A stretch of DNA of 64,000 bases from a virus (Duplodnaviria > Heunggongvirae > Uroviricota > Caudoviricetes). The stretch lies in the IMG/VR virus record IMGVR_UViG_3300010357_001332; one strand, 5' to 3'. Below are positions 1 through 8,720 of the stretch, one piece after another. The translations under genes and the position numbers were made by a program. Below the pieces are notes generated by a model, which searched no databases, had not been told where the DNA came from, and saw only the letters and a program-made list of their open reading frames with translations. Each line of letters starts with the position of its first letter. Positions within the stretch are counted from its first letter, which is position 1.

Positions 1-1
1 C

Positions 2-928
2 ATCTGCATTTTCTGTGTTTTCTAAAGTATTTTTAATAGATAAGGATTCCTTATCAGTATTTATTTTAGAAACAAGCTTATCTTCTTCTATTCCAGCAGT
101 TTTAAATAAAACATTCCATCCAGGAAGACCAGAATCTTTAAAGATATGTTTTAATGATTCTACTACTTCGTCTAGATTAAATGTTGTATGACTTGGATCT
201 TCTGCATTAATAATATCTTTTATTTTAGAGAAATACTTAGAAATTACATTTTCAGGATTTTCGCCTGGTGCATATGCTTTTTTCTCTGTATGTACAGATG
301 CCTGAACATTAGATTGTTGTGTCATCCTAGAATCAGGAGTTACATTAGTAGGATCTGAGAAATATTCTACAAGCTCATTCTTAATAAATTCTATTAATTG
401 TTCATTAGAAGTAATTTCTTCACCAGAATTATCTAATTGTATTGAAGGTGATTTAGGTTGTGTTGATTGCATTGCAGGATCTAATGCAATTTTTTCTTTT
501 CTTGGGATTTTGGGATCTTCTAAAGATGCAACTAAATTGTTTATTTTAGCTGCTTTTTCATAAAGAATTTGATCAATATCCATTTTTATTTCTCCTTGTG
601 AAGATCCTTGATGTTGAAAACCTTGACCACCTGGTGATTTATAAGTAACATGAAGCTTTAATTCTTCTTCAAATGCTTTATTAGTATTATATCTAGATTT
701 CTGTTCTTTAACAAGTTCCATAACCTGTTTTTTGGTTTGAACAAATCTTTCATCTACTTTTTGACCATAATCAAATATTTCTACAATATATCCTTGTCCA
801 AATTCTGAACCAGGAGCTACTTTCATAACATGAATATCTGTTCCTTGTCCAGTAGAATGAGGATTTGCAGCTGATTTAATAGGTTTGATTACTAAATACG
901 TATCTGCACTTATTTTTATAGTAAACAT
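2..928 (-). CDS. Partial ORF (>309 aa, runs off left edge); hypothetical, probably head-associated/scaffold
   Basis: Not in ORF track. ATG at 928-926; hand translation MFTIKISADTYLVIKP...FKTAGIEEDKLV... shows no stop down to the window edge. Directly follows the protease-like gene. Confidence 0.6.
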   Translation of the reverse strand, partial: MFTIKISADTYLVIKPIKSAANPHSTGQGTDIHVMKVAPGSEFGQGYIVEIFDYGQKVDERFVQTKKQVMELVKEQKSRYNTNKAFEEELKLHVTYKSPGGQGFQHQGSSQGEIKMDIDQILYEKAAKINNLVASLEDPKIPRKEKIALDPAMQSTQPKSPSIQLDNSGEEITSNEQLIEFIKNELVEYFSDPTNVTPDSRMTQQSNVQASVHTEKKAYAPGENPENVISKYFSKIKDIINAEDPSHTTFNLDEVVESLKHIFKDSGLPGWNVLFKTAGIEEDKLVSKINTDKESLSIKNTLENTENAD

Positions 929-933
929 ATTTA

Positions 934-1809
934 TTAAACAAGTTTTTCAAGATTAGAAATTATTCTATCAAATTGATTAGCTATTCTTCTCTTCTCTTCT
1001 GAAGTTTTTGCCCTATCAATCATTCCATATACTATATTAGAAATTTCTTTTGCATAAGTAGCATTTTCATCTGCTACTTTTAATAATCTACCCGGTACAA
1101 GTTCTGATATAGCATCTATAACATAGGCTTTGACTGCAGCGGGTGAAGTTACTACTGATAACTCAAAAAAATCAACACCCTTAAGAAGTTCTGCTACTTT
1201 TTTTCCGTTTCTTCTTCTACCGCGGTGATATTTTAAACATTCACAAATTTCTGCTTCTTTAAGTATTTCTTTTCCACATGCAGTACATACAGAATGAGTT
1301 ATGGAACAACCCATAGAAACAGGTACTCGAGTAGGGTACTTTATTAAATCTCTTGCTATTTTTGGTGCTTTAATGCTATCTATTCCAAATAAAGTTGTTA
1401 CATGCATATCTTCATAAGGTTTATTTATTAATACAGCGTCGAATACCAATCCAATTGAATTTTCTATTTTATCTGATTCATGATTCTTATACATTGCTGC
1501 TGTTCTGAATGAATAATACCTTTTGATATTTTTATCTGAATTTAGATCTTCAAGTTCTGTTATATCAAAGTAATCTGAATTTTTATTTACTGCATGTTCC
1601 CATAGCGCAGATTTATTTACTTTTCCATAATAATCACCTGCATCTAATGCCCGTGTAGTAGCATATACATAATCTTCTACTGCTTTAGAAATAATCATAT
1701 GATCTTTCTGGGATTCAATTATAGAAGCAATCTTTTCTTTATCTTTAGAACTAAATTGCTTAAATTCTTGCGGCTTTAATTCACCCATTTTGTACGTAGA
1801 AGTATTCAC
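934..1809 (-). CDS. Probable prohead (capsid maturation) protease with Cys-rich insert
   Basis: VSMGCSITHSVCTACG...C.CLKYH and FFELSVVTSPA motifs typical of large-phage HK97-type prohead proteases; GTG start with GGAG RBS; near the portal gene. Confidence 0.6.
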   Translation of the reverse strand: MNTSTYKMGELKPQEFKQFSSKDKEKIASIIESQKDHMIISKAVEDYVYATTRALDAGDYYGKVNKSALWEHAVNKNSDYFDITELEDLNSDKNIKRYYSFRTAAMYKNHESDKIENSIGLVFDAVLINKPYEDMHVTTLFGIDSIKAPKIARDLIKYPTRVPVSMGCSITHSVCTACGKEILKEAEICECLKYHRGRRRNGKKVAELLKGVDFFELSVVTSPAAVKAYVIDAISELVPGRLLKVADENATYAKEISNIVYGMIDRAKTSEEKRRIANQFDRIISNLEKLV

Positions 1810-1863
1810 AGTAATCTCCAGATTATAGAATATTAAAAAAATATAAAATTATATAAAATTTTT

Positions 1864-2229
1864 TTAAGTTAAGTTAATACATTGTTGAGCTAATTCTAGA
1901 AACTCAGAAATAATATCAGATGTTGTATTATTAGTTTCCAAAACTATAGCTACACAATCATCTAATATAGAATTTACTTCTTCGACAGAAGAGCTATTTA
2001 ATGCTAATTCTTTACTTATTTCTTTTACTTGAGTTTCTTGCTCAATAGAGAGACCATCTGGGAGGGCTTTATAGTAAAGTGTTTCTGCATGTTCAAAATC
2101 TAAATCGAACTTAGATTGTATAAAATCAAGAATATTATATTTATCATTATTGGAAGAAGGATCTTGTAATCTAATCCATACAATAATTTCTTTTTCTTTA
2201 TCTGATGATATAAATGCAATTCTTTTCAT
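1864..2229 (-). CDS. Hypothetical protein (head module)
   Basis: 121 aa ORF, co-oriented in operon. Confidence 0.6.
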   Translation of the reverse strand: MKRIAFISSDKEKEIIVWIRLQDPSSNNDKYNILDFIQSKFDLDFEHAETLYYKALPDGLSIEQETQVKEISKELALNSSSVEEVNSILDDCVAIVLETNNTTSDIISEFLELAQQCINLT

Positions 2230-2237
2230 GATAGCAA

Positions 2238-2714
2238 TTAAATAAAATTCATCACATTCAAAATGGCCAAAAGTTCCACTTCGCCTTTTTCTATCAAGAT
2301 GCTTGTCATTTCTTTAGTAATTTCAATATCGTATGTTGCTAATAGGTTTAAGAGTTCTTGTAGATATGCTACCAGTAGAAATCTTTCATAATATTCTGTT
2401 CCATTTAAAACATCTGCACATAATGTATAGTTCATAGTAGCAATGTATTCATTATGTTTTTCACATAACCACTCAGCTTTTTCAATATCAGTCATTTTAG
2501 AAACAAGTTTCACTTGTTCTTTAAGTTTTAATTCCTCTTTAGCTAATATTTCTATTAAATCTAATTCAGTATTATCTTCTTTTGTGGAAGATTCTTTATT
2601 AGATTTTTTATTTTTCTTCTCTTCCCTAATAAACTTTTTTAATTCTTTTTGAACTTGAAGTTGTAATTCTTCTTTGGAACTTAATTTGAAATCTTCATTT
2701 TTCTTCTTAGCCAT
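2238..2714 (-). CDS. Hypothetical protein
   Basis: 158 aa ORF, GGAGG RBS, Lys/Glu-rich N-terminus. Confidence 0.65.
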   Translation of the reverse strand: MAKKKNEDFKLSSKEELQLQVQKELKKFIREEKKNKKSNKESSTKEDNTELDLIEILAKEELKLKEQVKLVSKMTDIEKAEWLCEKHNEYIATMNYTLCADVLNGTEYYERFLLVAYLQELLNLLATYDIEITKEMTSILIEKGEVELLAILNVMNFI

Positions 2715-2729
2715 AATGCCTCCAATAGA

Positions 2730-3143
2730 CTACTTATGGGTATGCATATCCCTTAAATGTTTTTTAGCTTCTTCTTCTGTTTTATGAGAAGATATAATAT
2801 GTCCATCATTGTGATCTTTGATGCACCACTCAGCTTTTTCTCCTTGACTATTCTTATGTCCAGGGCAATGAGATACAAAACTATATTTATAAATTTGAGA
2901 TGTAAGATAAGCTATCTTTCTTTTTAGAAGATTTTCGTATACAGAAGCGTAATTATATTGAGTATCTTCTTTTTCCTTTATGAATTGATCTGTATTTTTT
3001 TGCATTTCTAAACCTTCCTCTAAATTAGTAAGAGAGATAGGCGATTGGTTAGAAGAAATAGGATTATTTTGCGGTTCTTCTGTTTGACTTATTTCTGCTA
3101 ATTTCTTGTATATCTTATTTACTAGATTAATATGATTATACAT
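2730..3143 (-). CDS. Hypothetical phage protein with C-terminal His/Cys motif
   Basis: C-terminal HCPGHKNSQGEKAEWCIKDH...EEAKKHL, a motif I recognise from head-region genes of large phages. Confidence 0.6.
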   Translation of the reverse strand: MYNHINLVNKIYKKLAEISQTEEPQNNPISSNQSPISLTNLEEGLEMQKNTDQFIKEKEDTQYNYASVYENLLKRKIAYLTSQIYKYSFVSHCPGHKNSQGEKAEWCIKDHNDGHIISSHKTEEEAKKHLRDMHTHK

Positions 3144-3504
3144 AATTTAAACAATATATGCTTATACTACCACTAGCGCTGCCGCTTACACCTTTTATAA
3201 GTAAATAAGAAGGTTGTGGTTCTAGAAATTCTTTTCCAATAAGATCTCTTTGTATAAAAAAATCATCATTTAAGATTCTAACACCTGCAAAATTAGTTTG
3301 GCTTGTTTGAAATTCTTTTAATTCTTGTCTAGTTATAAAATTGAATTCTACTGTTATACCAGAAGTATTTTTAAAATAAATAACAGTTGGTTTTGTACCT
3401 TGACTCCAACGACCAGTAGACGTTATTTCCATTTCGCAGTTGTATACCTGATAAGTATGAGTACTTAATCCTGTACTAGTAACAGTTATAATTTTATTCT
3501 TCAC
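3136..3504 (-). CDS. Hypothetical beta-rich protein, possibly virion
   Basis: 122 aa ORF tightly coupled to portal gene. Confidence 0.55.
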   Translation of the reverse strand: MKNKIITVTSTGLSTHTYQVYNCEMEITSTGRWSQGTKPTVIYFKNTSGITVEFNFITRQELKEFQTSQTNFAGVRILNDDFFIQRDLIGKEFLEPQPSYLLIKGVSGSASGSISIYCLNYV

Positions 3505-3506
3505 AA

Positions 3507-6500
3507 TTAATCTCCTAATCTATCGAATGATTCTTGAAGTTCTTTATCTAAAAGATGTGGGTAATCTATCCACTTGGTAAAATTTTCTCTAAATCTTTGT
3601 AATTGATCAGATCCTTCTTTATTTAAACATTTACCTTGATTATCCCAAACTTTCCCTTTAATAAGTTTGTCGTCTATACTTCCTTGTTTAATTCTTTGTT
3701 CATTTAATTCATATCCTACTATCTCTTGATTTGAATAAATAGGATATAATATTTGGTATAATTTATATGTATCTAATTCTTCAGAAGAAAGATTATAATC
3801 AGGTTCTTTAAAAGCTTTTCTGATCTTCTTCTCCAGATCTTCGTTTATAAACTCAAAATTCCTTAAAAAGATATTACTTATAGAATCGTTTTCTTGCGCA
3901 ATCCATTTAGATGCATATAATATATTATTATGTAAAAAGAAAGGAACATATCCTCTATATTTTATTTTTTCTTGCTGCATTCTAGCAGTTATTAGCATTT
4001 CTTGCAATTGAGCAGATTTAGATTCTTTGTCTTCTTCAGTAGAAGAAAACTGCTTTGCAAGTTTTTCTCTTTCTATTTTTTCCCATTCAGGAATATCAAT
4101 AATATCTGCAACAAATTCTACTTTATCAAATCTAGCTTTTTTATGTAACTTGGATATTTTAGATATTAATCGTCTAGTAGGATCTATTAAATCTACTGGA
4201 CAAGAACCAACTCTAATATCTCCAACATAAAAATCTTTATAACGTCTTATTTGAGAATCTAATTTATTGCCGAATTCTTCATCACATCCTTCAGTAGCTG
4301 GTGATAATAAACATACTTCTAAAGTAGGTGATAATAAAAATGCAAGATTTCTTCCTTTGCTTAATAATTCATCAGTTGGAAAGATTTGTCCTTCTTTTGT
4401 TAATATATTTTCTACTTTTACATTATAAATACCTTGTTCATTAAATCCTTTTAATTGCCCAAAACAAAAAGCAGTTACACCTAATCCTTTTATCTTAGAA
4501 CAAAAATTAGATTGTTTAATATCAGCTTGTTTACTAAAAAAGAATTCTTTTGCCCAACCTTCTAGTTCATTAGAGATTAATAAATCTGTAAATCCTTGAT
4601 ATTCTTTATTTTGTGTATACGGAACAAAACCTGTTTTTCCATATGCAAATAGTTTTCCTTGTATATATAGCTTTTTAAAATTATCAATAAGATCTTCAAC
4701 AGGTTTATTTTTAGATAGATTTTCTCCTATCTTATAAAAAAGTAAGGAAACAGGACCAGGAATTTCTTGTGCTTTTAAATTTTTATTCCAAGTTTCTTCT
4801 TCTACTGCATCCATATACTTAGAAGTAGATAACTCTATATTTGCTTCTTTCTGTCTAACTTGATCTGGATGTAATAATACTTCTTCTTGTATTACTTCTG
4901 CAGTTTTAGATTCGCTTATAAATTCATTATCTTGTGCAATATGCTCGATATCTAAATTAACTTGTTCTCTAGGTTTAGAGAGACCAAATTTATTTCTTAA
5001 TCCTTTAAAAGCTGAACCTAATGCTGACATCGGAGCACTTATACTACCAGCTGCAGGAGGTTGTGCATATATACCAATTCTTTCTTCTAATTCTTTTTGT
5101 TGTTTCTTCTTAATTAATTCTTCTTCTAGATCGAAACCCATTGATTGTAGTAGTGTTAATGCAGAAAGAGGACCTTTACCCTGTGCATAAACATTATTCA
5201 TAAAAGTTAAAAATGCTTGATCATCTCTAAGCATTAGTTTTTTATGCCAAGCTAATTTTGGTATAATTAAGCGCTCTTCTAATTCTTTTCCTTTTCTAGC
5301 TATTCTATATTGTCCGACAATTTCTCTTTTATCTCTTCTATACCAACCATTTCTTTTTGCCATTCCGCGTAGAAACTTATTCTGAATCCAACGAACTTCA
5401 AATAAATCTCTTTTAGCTTTATATCTAGCTAATTGTGTTTGTAATCCAACATTGGCAGAAGCATATGTAGCTTCTCCTGTCATAAATTGTTGACTTACAC
5501 CTAATGCTATCATTTTCTTTTTAGCAATTTCATCCCACTCTCTGTCTAATTTCATTACTTTATCTGCTACTGTAAGAAATTCTACATTTAGGGCATAATG
5601 ATAGATTAGAGCAAAGTTAGGATCAAAGGTAGCTTGTTGTAACATTTGAGCTAATGCCATCTGATGATCTGCACTTGGTATCCAACCTTTTTGTGGATCT
5701 CCTAATTTAAATAGCTTTAAAGGATAAATAAAATTATCAGCAATAGTAATCTGAGATTCTCGTAACTTATCCTCATACATGAGAAGCCTGAAAATGCGAT
5801 CTAAGATTGAAGTTCCACGTAAATCATACGGATTACTTCTTCTTGCTATATGCGTTATTTCGTCTGGATCTAATATTAAATTTTTACCAGATAATACTCG
5901 TTTAATGATTTCATGAGGTAATCTTTTCTTGAGTTCTTGGTCTTGGGGTTTAGTAGAATTTACTAGATGTTTTAATTCATCGTCAGGGATTAATTCTACT
6001 GAATATTCTTGATCTGCGAATGGGCTAGCAGATAATTCAACGAAATCAGGATTATGAATAATGATGTGTTTCCACATTCCTTTTTCATCATCCCAAGGTG
6101 TGTTAATAAATACTTCGCCTATCTTGAGATATTCAAGATCAATAGCAGGAAGCATAGAAAAGAATTGTGTTTGATCGAAGCAATCTTGTACATGTTGCTT
6201 AATAATTTTATCATCACAAACTACTTCTGCTTTAGAATACGGAAGCTCTGCATGCATGTCGAGAACAGCACCAACAACCTCATCATGATCATAAAACCAT
6301 CTACGCCATCTATTTTTTTGTTTAATAGATCTAGGTAGATAAATAGCAGTAGTAGTAATTTCTGGATCATAGAAACGTCTTGAGGAGTTTCTAAGAATAT
6401 TTAATCCGCCATTTGCTAATCCAGAGGATAGGCCTAATGTTGCTAAACTACCAAAATTAGTAGAATTATACGTAGCGGCAGTTTTCTCTCTAGCACCGGA

Positions 6501-6584
6501 TTCAGAAGAATCGCCTAACCAAGCTCTAGAGTTAATAGAGCTAGGATACATGCTTTCAAAATTCTTTTCGTAAGTTGAACTCAT
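3507..6584 (-). CDS. Portal protein with ~490 aa C-terminal extension
   Basis: N-terminal RRWFYDHDEVVGAVLDMHAELP, GTSILDRIFRLLMYEDKLRESQ, YPLKLFKLGD, GEATYASANV motifs of large-phage portals. Confidence 0.75.
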   Translation of the reverse strand: MSSTYEKNFESMYPSSINSRAWLGDSSESGAREKTAATYNSTNFGSLATLGLSSGLANGGLNILRNSSRRFYDPEITTTAIYLPRSIKQKNRWRRWFYDHDEVVGAVLDMHAELPYSKAEVVCDDKIIKQHVQDCFDQTQFFSMLPAIDLEYLKIGEVFINTPWDDEKGMWKHIIIHNPDFVELSASPFADQEYSVELIPDDELKHLVNSTKPQDQELKKRLPHEIIKRVLSGKNLILDPDEITHIARRSNPYDLRGTSILDRIFRLLMYEDKLRESQITIADNFIYPLKLFKLGDPQKGWIPSADHQMALAQMLQQATFDPNFALIYHYALNVEFLTVADKVMKLDREWDEIAKKKMIALGVSQQFMTGEATYASANVGLQTQLARYKAKRDLFEVRWIQNKFLRGMAKRNGWYRRDKREIVGQYRIARKGKELEERLIIPKLAWHKKLMLRDDQAFLTFMNNVYAQGKGPLSALTLLQSMGFDLEEELIKKKQQKELEERIGIYAQPPAAGSISAPMSALGSAFKGLRNKFGLSKPREQVNLDIEHIAQDNEFISESKTAEVIQEEVLLHPDQVRQKEANIELSTSKYMDAVEEETWNKNLKAQEIPGPVSLLFYKIGENLSKNKPVEDLIDNFKKLYIQGKLFAYGKTGFVPYTQNKEYQGFTDLLISNELEGWAKEFFFSKQADIKQSNFCSKIKGLGVTAFCFGQLKGFNEQGIYNVKVENILTKEGQIFPTDELLSKGRNLAFLLSPTLEVCLLSPATEGCDEEFGNKLDSQIRRYKDFYVGDIRVGSCPVDLIDPTRRLISKISKLHKKARFDKVEFVADIIDIPEWEKIEREKLAKQFSSTEEDKESKSAQLQEMLITARMQQEKIKYRGYVPFFLHNNILYASKWIAQENDSISNIFLRNFEFINEDLEKKIRKAFKEPDYNLSSEELDTYKLYQILYPIYSNQEIVGYELNEQRIKQGSIDDKLIKGKVWDNQGKCLNKEGSDQLQRFRENFTKWIDYPHLLDKELQESFDRLGD

Positions 6585-6638
6585 TATTTACCTTCAAAAA
6601 ATATTCATTTCATTTAATTAAAACAATAATTAGATAAC

Positions 6639-7346
6639 TTAGATAGTAGTACCATGTAGATTTATAATATCTTTTCCTTTTTCTACTATCTGACGTACTA
6701 ATTCTAGTTCGTCACCTTCGGTATAATCCATTGAATCATGCATATCTATTAAAGTTTTTGCATCATTATAAATAGCTTGTAGTTTACTAATTTCTTCTTC
6801 TTCGCTATATCCTTCTTCTTCTAATTCTTCATACATTTCTGCTACTTTTTTAAGACCTTCTTTAACAGAACTCATTTTTCCAGAAGCAATTTGTTCAGGA
6901 GTTAAATTACCATAAGGATTTGTAGCTTTAGTTTCACCAGTATAAGGATCTACATAAGTTCCTTCTTGTGCTTGAAATTCACCGGCTTGAAAAGGTGTTC
7001 CTGTTACCAAAGTCTCTTCTCCTTCTAATTGACTTTTAGCAGAAGAAAGTTCATTTTCTAGCATGGTTTTATAATCACCAGTTGTTCCTGGAATAGCTTC
7101 TTCTAGTTCTTGAATTCTAGCTTTTAATTGACCAGTTGGAAGACTACCTGTATCAATACCTTCAGAAGTTCCAATTCCTTCTGCTACTTTAAAAGATATA
7201 AATCCATTATCTTTTGTAACAGCTAATGAAGCTTGTTTAATATTACTAATATTATTTTCTTCAGCAATTTTAGTTATTACATTTTCTAGTTCTTTATAAA
7301 GATCTGATTCTTTTGCAAGAACTATTGTGTTTGAATTGATTTTCAT
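6639..7346 (-). CDS. Hypothetical acidic protein, probable internal head protein
   Basis: 235 aa, AAGGAG RBS, K-x-A motifs (FKVAE, KKVAE). Confidence 0.6.
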   Translation of the reverse strand: MKINSNTIVLAKESDLYKELENVITKIAEENNISNIKQASLAVTKDNGFISFKVAEGIGTSEGIDTGSLPTGQLKARIQELEEAIPGTTGDYKTMLENELSSAKSQLEGEETLVTGTPFQAGEFQAQEGTYVDPYTGETKATNPYGNLTPEQIASGKMSSVKEGLKKVAEMYEELEEEGYSEEEEISKLQAIYNDAKTLIDMHDSMDYTEGDELELVRQIVEKGKDIINLHGTTI

Positions 7347-7382
7347 GATAAAATTTCTCCTTTTGATATTACATAATAATAT

Positions 7383-7574
7383 TTAAATTTTTTTAAGAAG
7401 TTTTCCTAAAATAAAACTTAATGTACATGCTGAAAAAGTTATTAAACCTGCTTGTAAATCATATTGAACTGTTATACCAATACAAGCACTTAAACAAATA
7501 AGAATAAGAATTATCTTCAATGAATTATAAAGAAATTTAACAAATTTATGAAATTTACTTGCTGTTTCTTGCAT
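7383..7574 (-). CDS. Small membrane protein (two hydrophobic segments)
   Basis: LKIILILICLSACIGITV and AGLITFSACTLSFILG. Confidence 0.5.
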   Translation of the reverse strand: MQETASKFHKFVKFLYNSLKIILILICLSACIGITVQYDLQAGLITFSACTLSFILGKLLKKI

Positions 7575-8703
7575 ATTTTAATAACTCATCTATATTTTTA
7601 AACGTTGCTAAAGAAATATCTTTTTTCATTTTCTCTTCCATCGGAATAAGATAATCTTCATAATAATTAGGTTCTTCTGTATATTTCTCTGCTTCTGTTT
7701 CATGATCCAAAGCTATATCTTTTTGTGCGTCAAGAAGTTCAGTTTCTGAAGGATCTCGATTATCTAATTCATTAAAAATATCTGTTATAGTATTATCGTG
7801 CTCACTTTCTATTTCAATACCCTTAAGCAATTCATCTTTAGGTACATCTTCTTCTTTTATTTGATCTTCAATAGAGGATTTTCTAAATGTTTGTTTCTTT
7901 TCTGGTATCTTAACTACTTCTTTGGGTAGGTTTTTTTGTTCTTCATACCATTTAAGTTTACCACCTTCTGTTCTAGGTTCCGGATCTTTAATAGGTGATA
8001 TCTCTGTGATTCCTTCTGGTTTCCATTGCTCTCTACCTTCCCATCCACCGGCAGGAGTATTACCTTTACCCCAACCCTTCCAATCTGTATATGCACCAGA
8101 CCACTGTGGAGTTATTTTTTGCTTAGGTTTTTGTGGTAAACCTTTTTCTATGTTTTCTTGCTTGTAAAATTCTCTATATTGATCTAATTCATCATACCAG
8201 TTTTGTAATATTTCACGTTCTTCAGGTGAAACTAAAAGCATTCTTTTAGCAATTAAAGCTTGTTGTTTTGCTAATTCTTTAGTAGGATCCTCATAAAAAC
8301 TGAATTCTTGTGGATCGATATAATCTACACCTGCTACAGTTTCTGCGTATTTAGTTGTAAGATTAACTTCTGCTACAATATCTTTTTCATTTTCATCTAT
8401 AAGTAAATCAAATAAAGATTCTTCTTCTTCAGGATCAGCTTCTTCTGGATTATGCCCAATAATATCTAATATTCTTTCTACAACATTAAACATAGAATTA
8501 AGTTTTTTAGATACTCCGCCTTTACCAGAAAAATCTAGCATATCAAGATATAATTTACGAAATGATTCAGATTCTTTTTTAAATTCTTCTAAAGAAATAT
8601 TACCGTTTTCTTCTATAGCTTGAGCAATTTCTTCCCAAGTTCTGGGGTAAGGCATTTTTTCAATAATATCTAACCAGGATTGTGCTTGAGCAAATTTTTC
8701 CAT
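7555..8703 (-). CDS. Hypothetical acidic protein, probable internal head protein
   Basis: 382 aa; ends in FKNIDELLKYA, a motif shared with the upstream ORF. Confidence 0.6.
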   Translation of the reverse strand: MEKFAQAQSWLDIIEKMPYPRTWEEIAQAIEENGNISLEEFKKESESFRKLYLDMLDFSGKGGVSKKLNSMFNVVERILDIIGHNPEEADPEEEESLFDLLIDENEKDIVAEVNLTTKYAETVAGVDYIDPQEFSFYEDPTKELAKQQALIAKRMLLVSPEEREILQNWYDELDQYREFYKQENIEKGLPQKPKQKITPQWSGAYTDWKGWGKGNTPAGGWEGREQWKPEGITEISPIKDPEPRTEGGKLKWYEEQKNLPKEVVKIPEKKQTFRKSSIEDQIKEEDVPKDELLKGIEIESEHDNTITDIFNELDNRDPSETELLDAQKDIALDHETEAEKYTEEPNYYEDYLIPMEEKMKKDISLATFKNIDELLKYARNSK

Positions 8704-8720
8704 TCTTAGTACTCCGAAAC

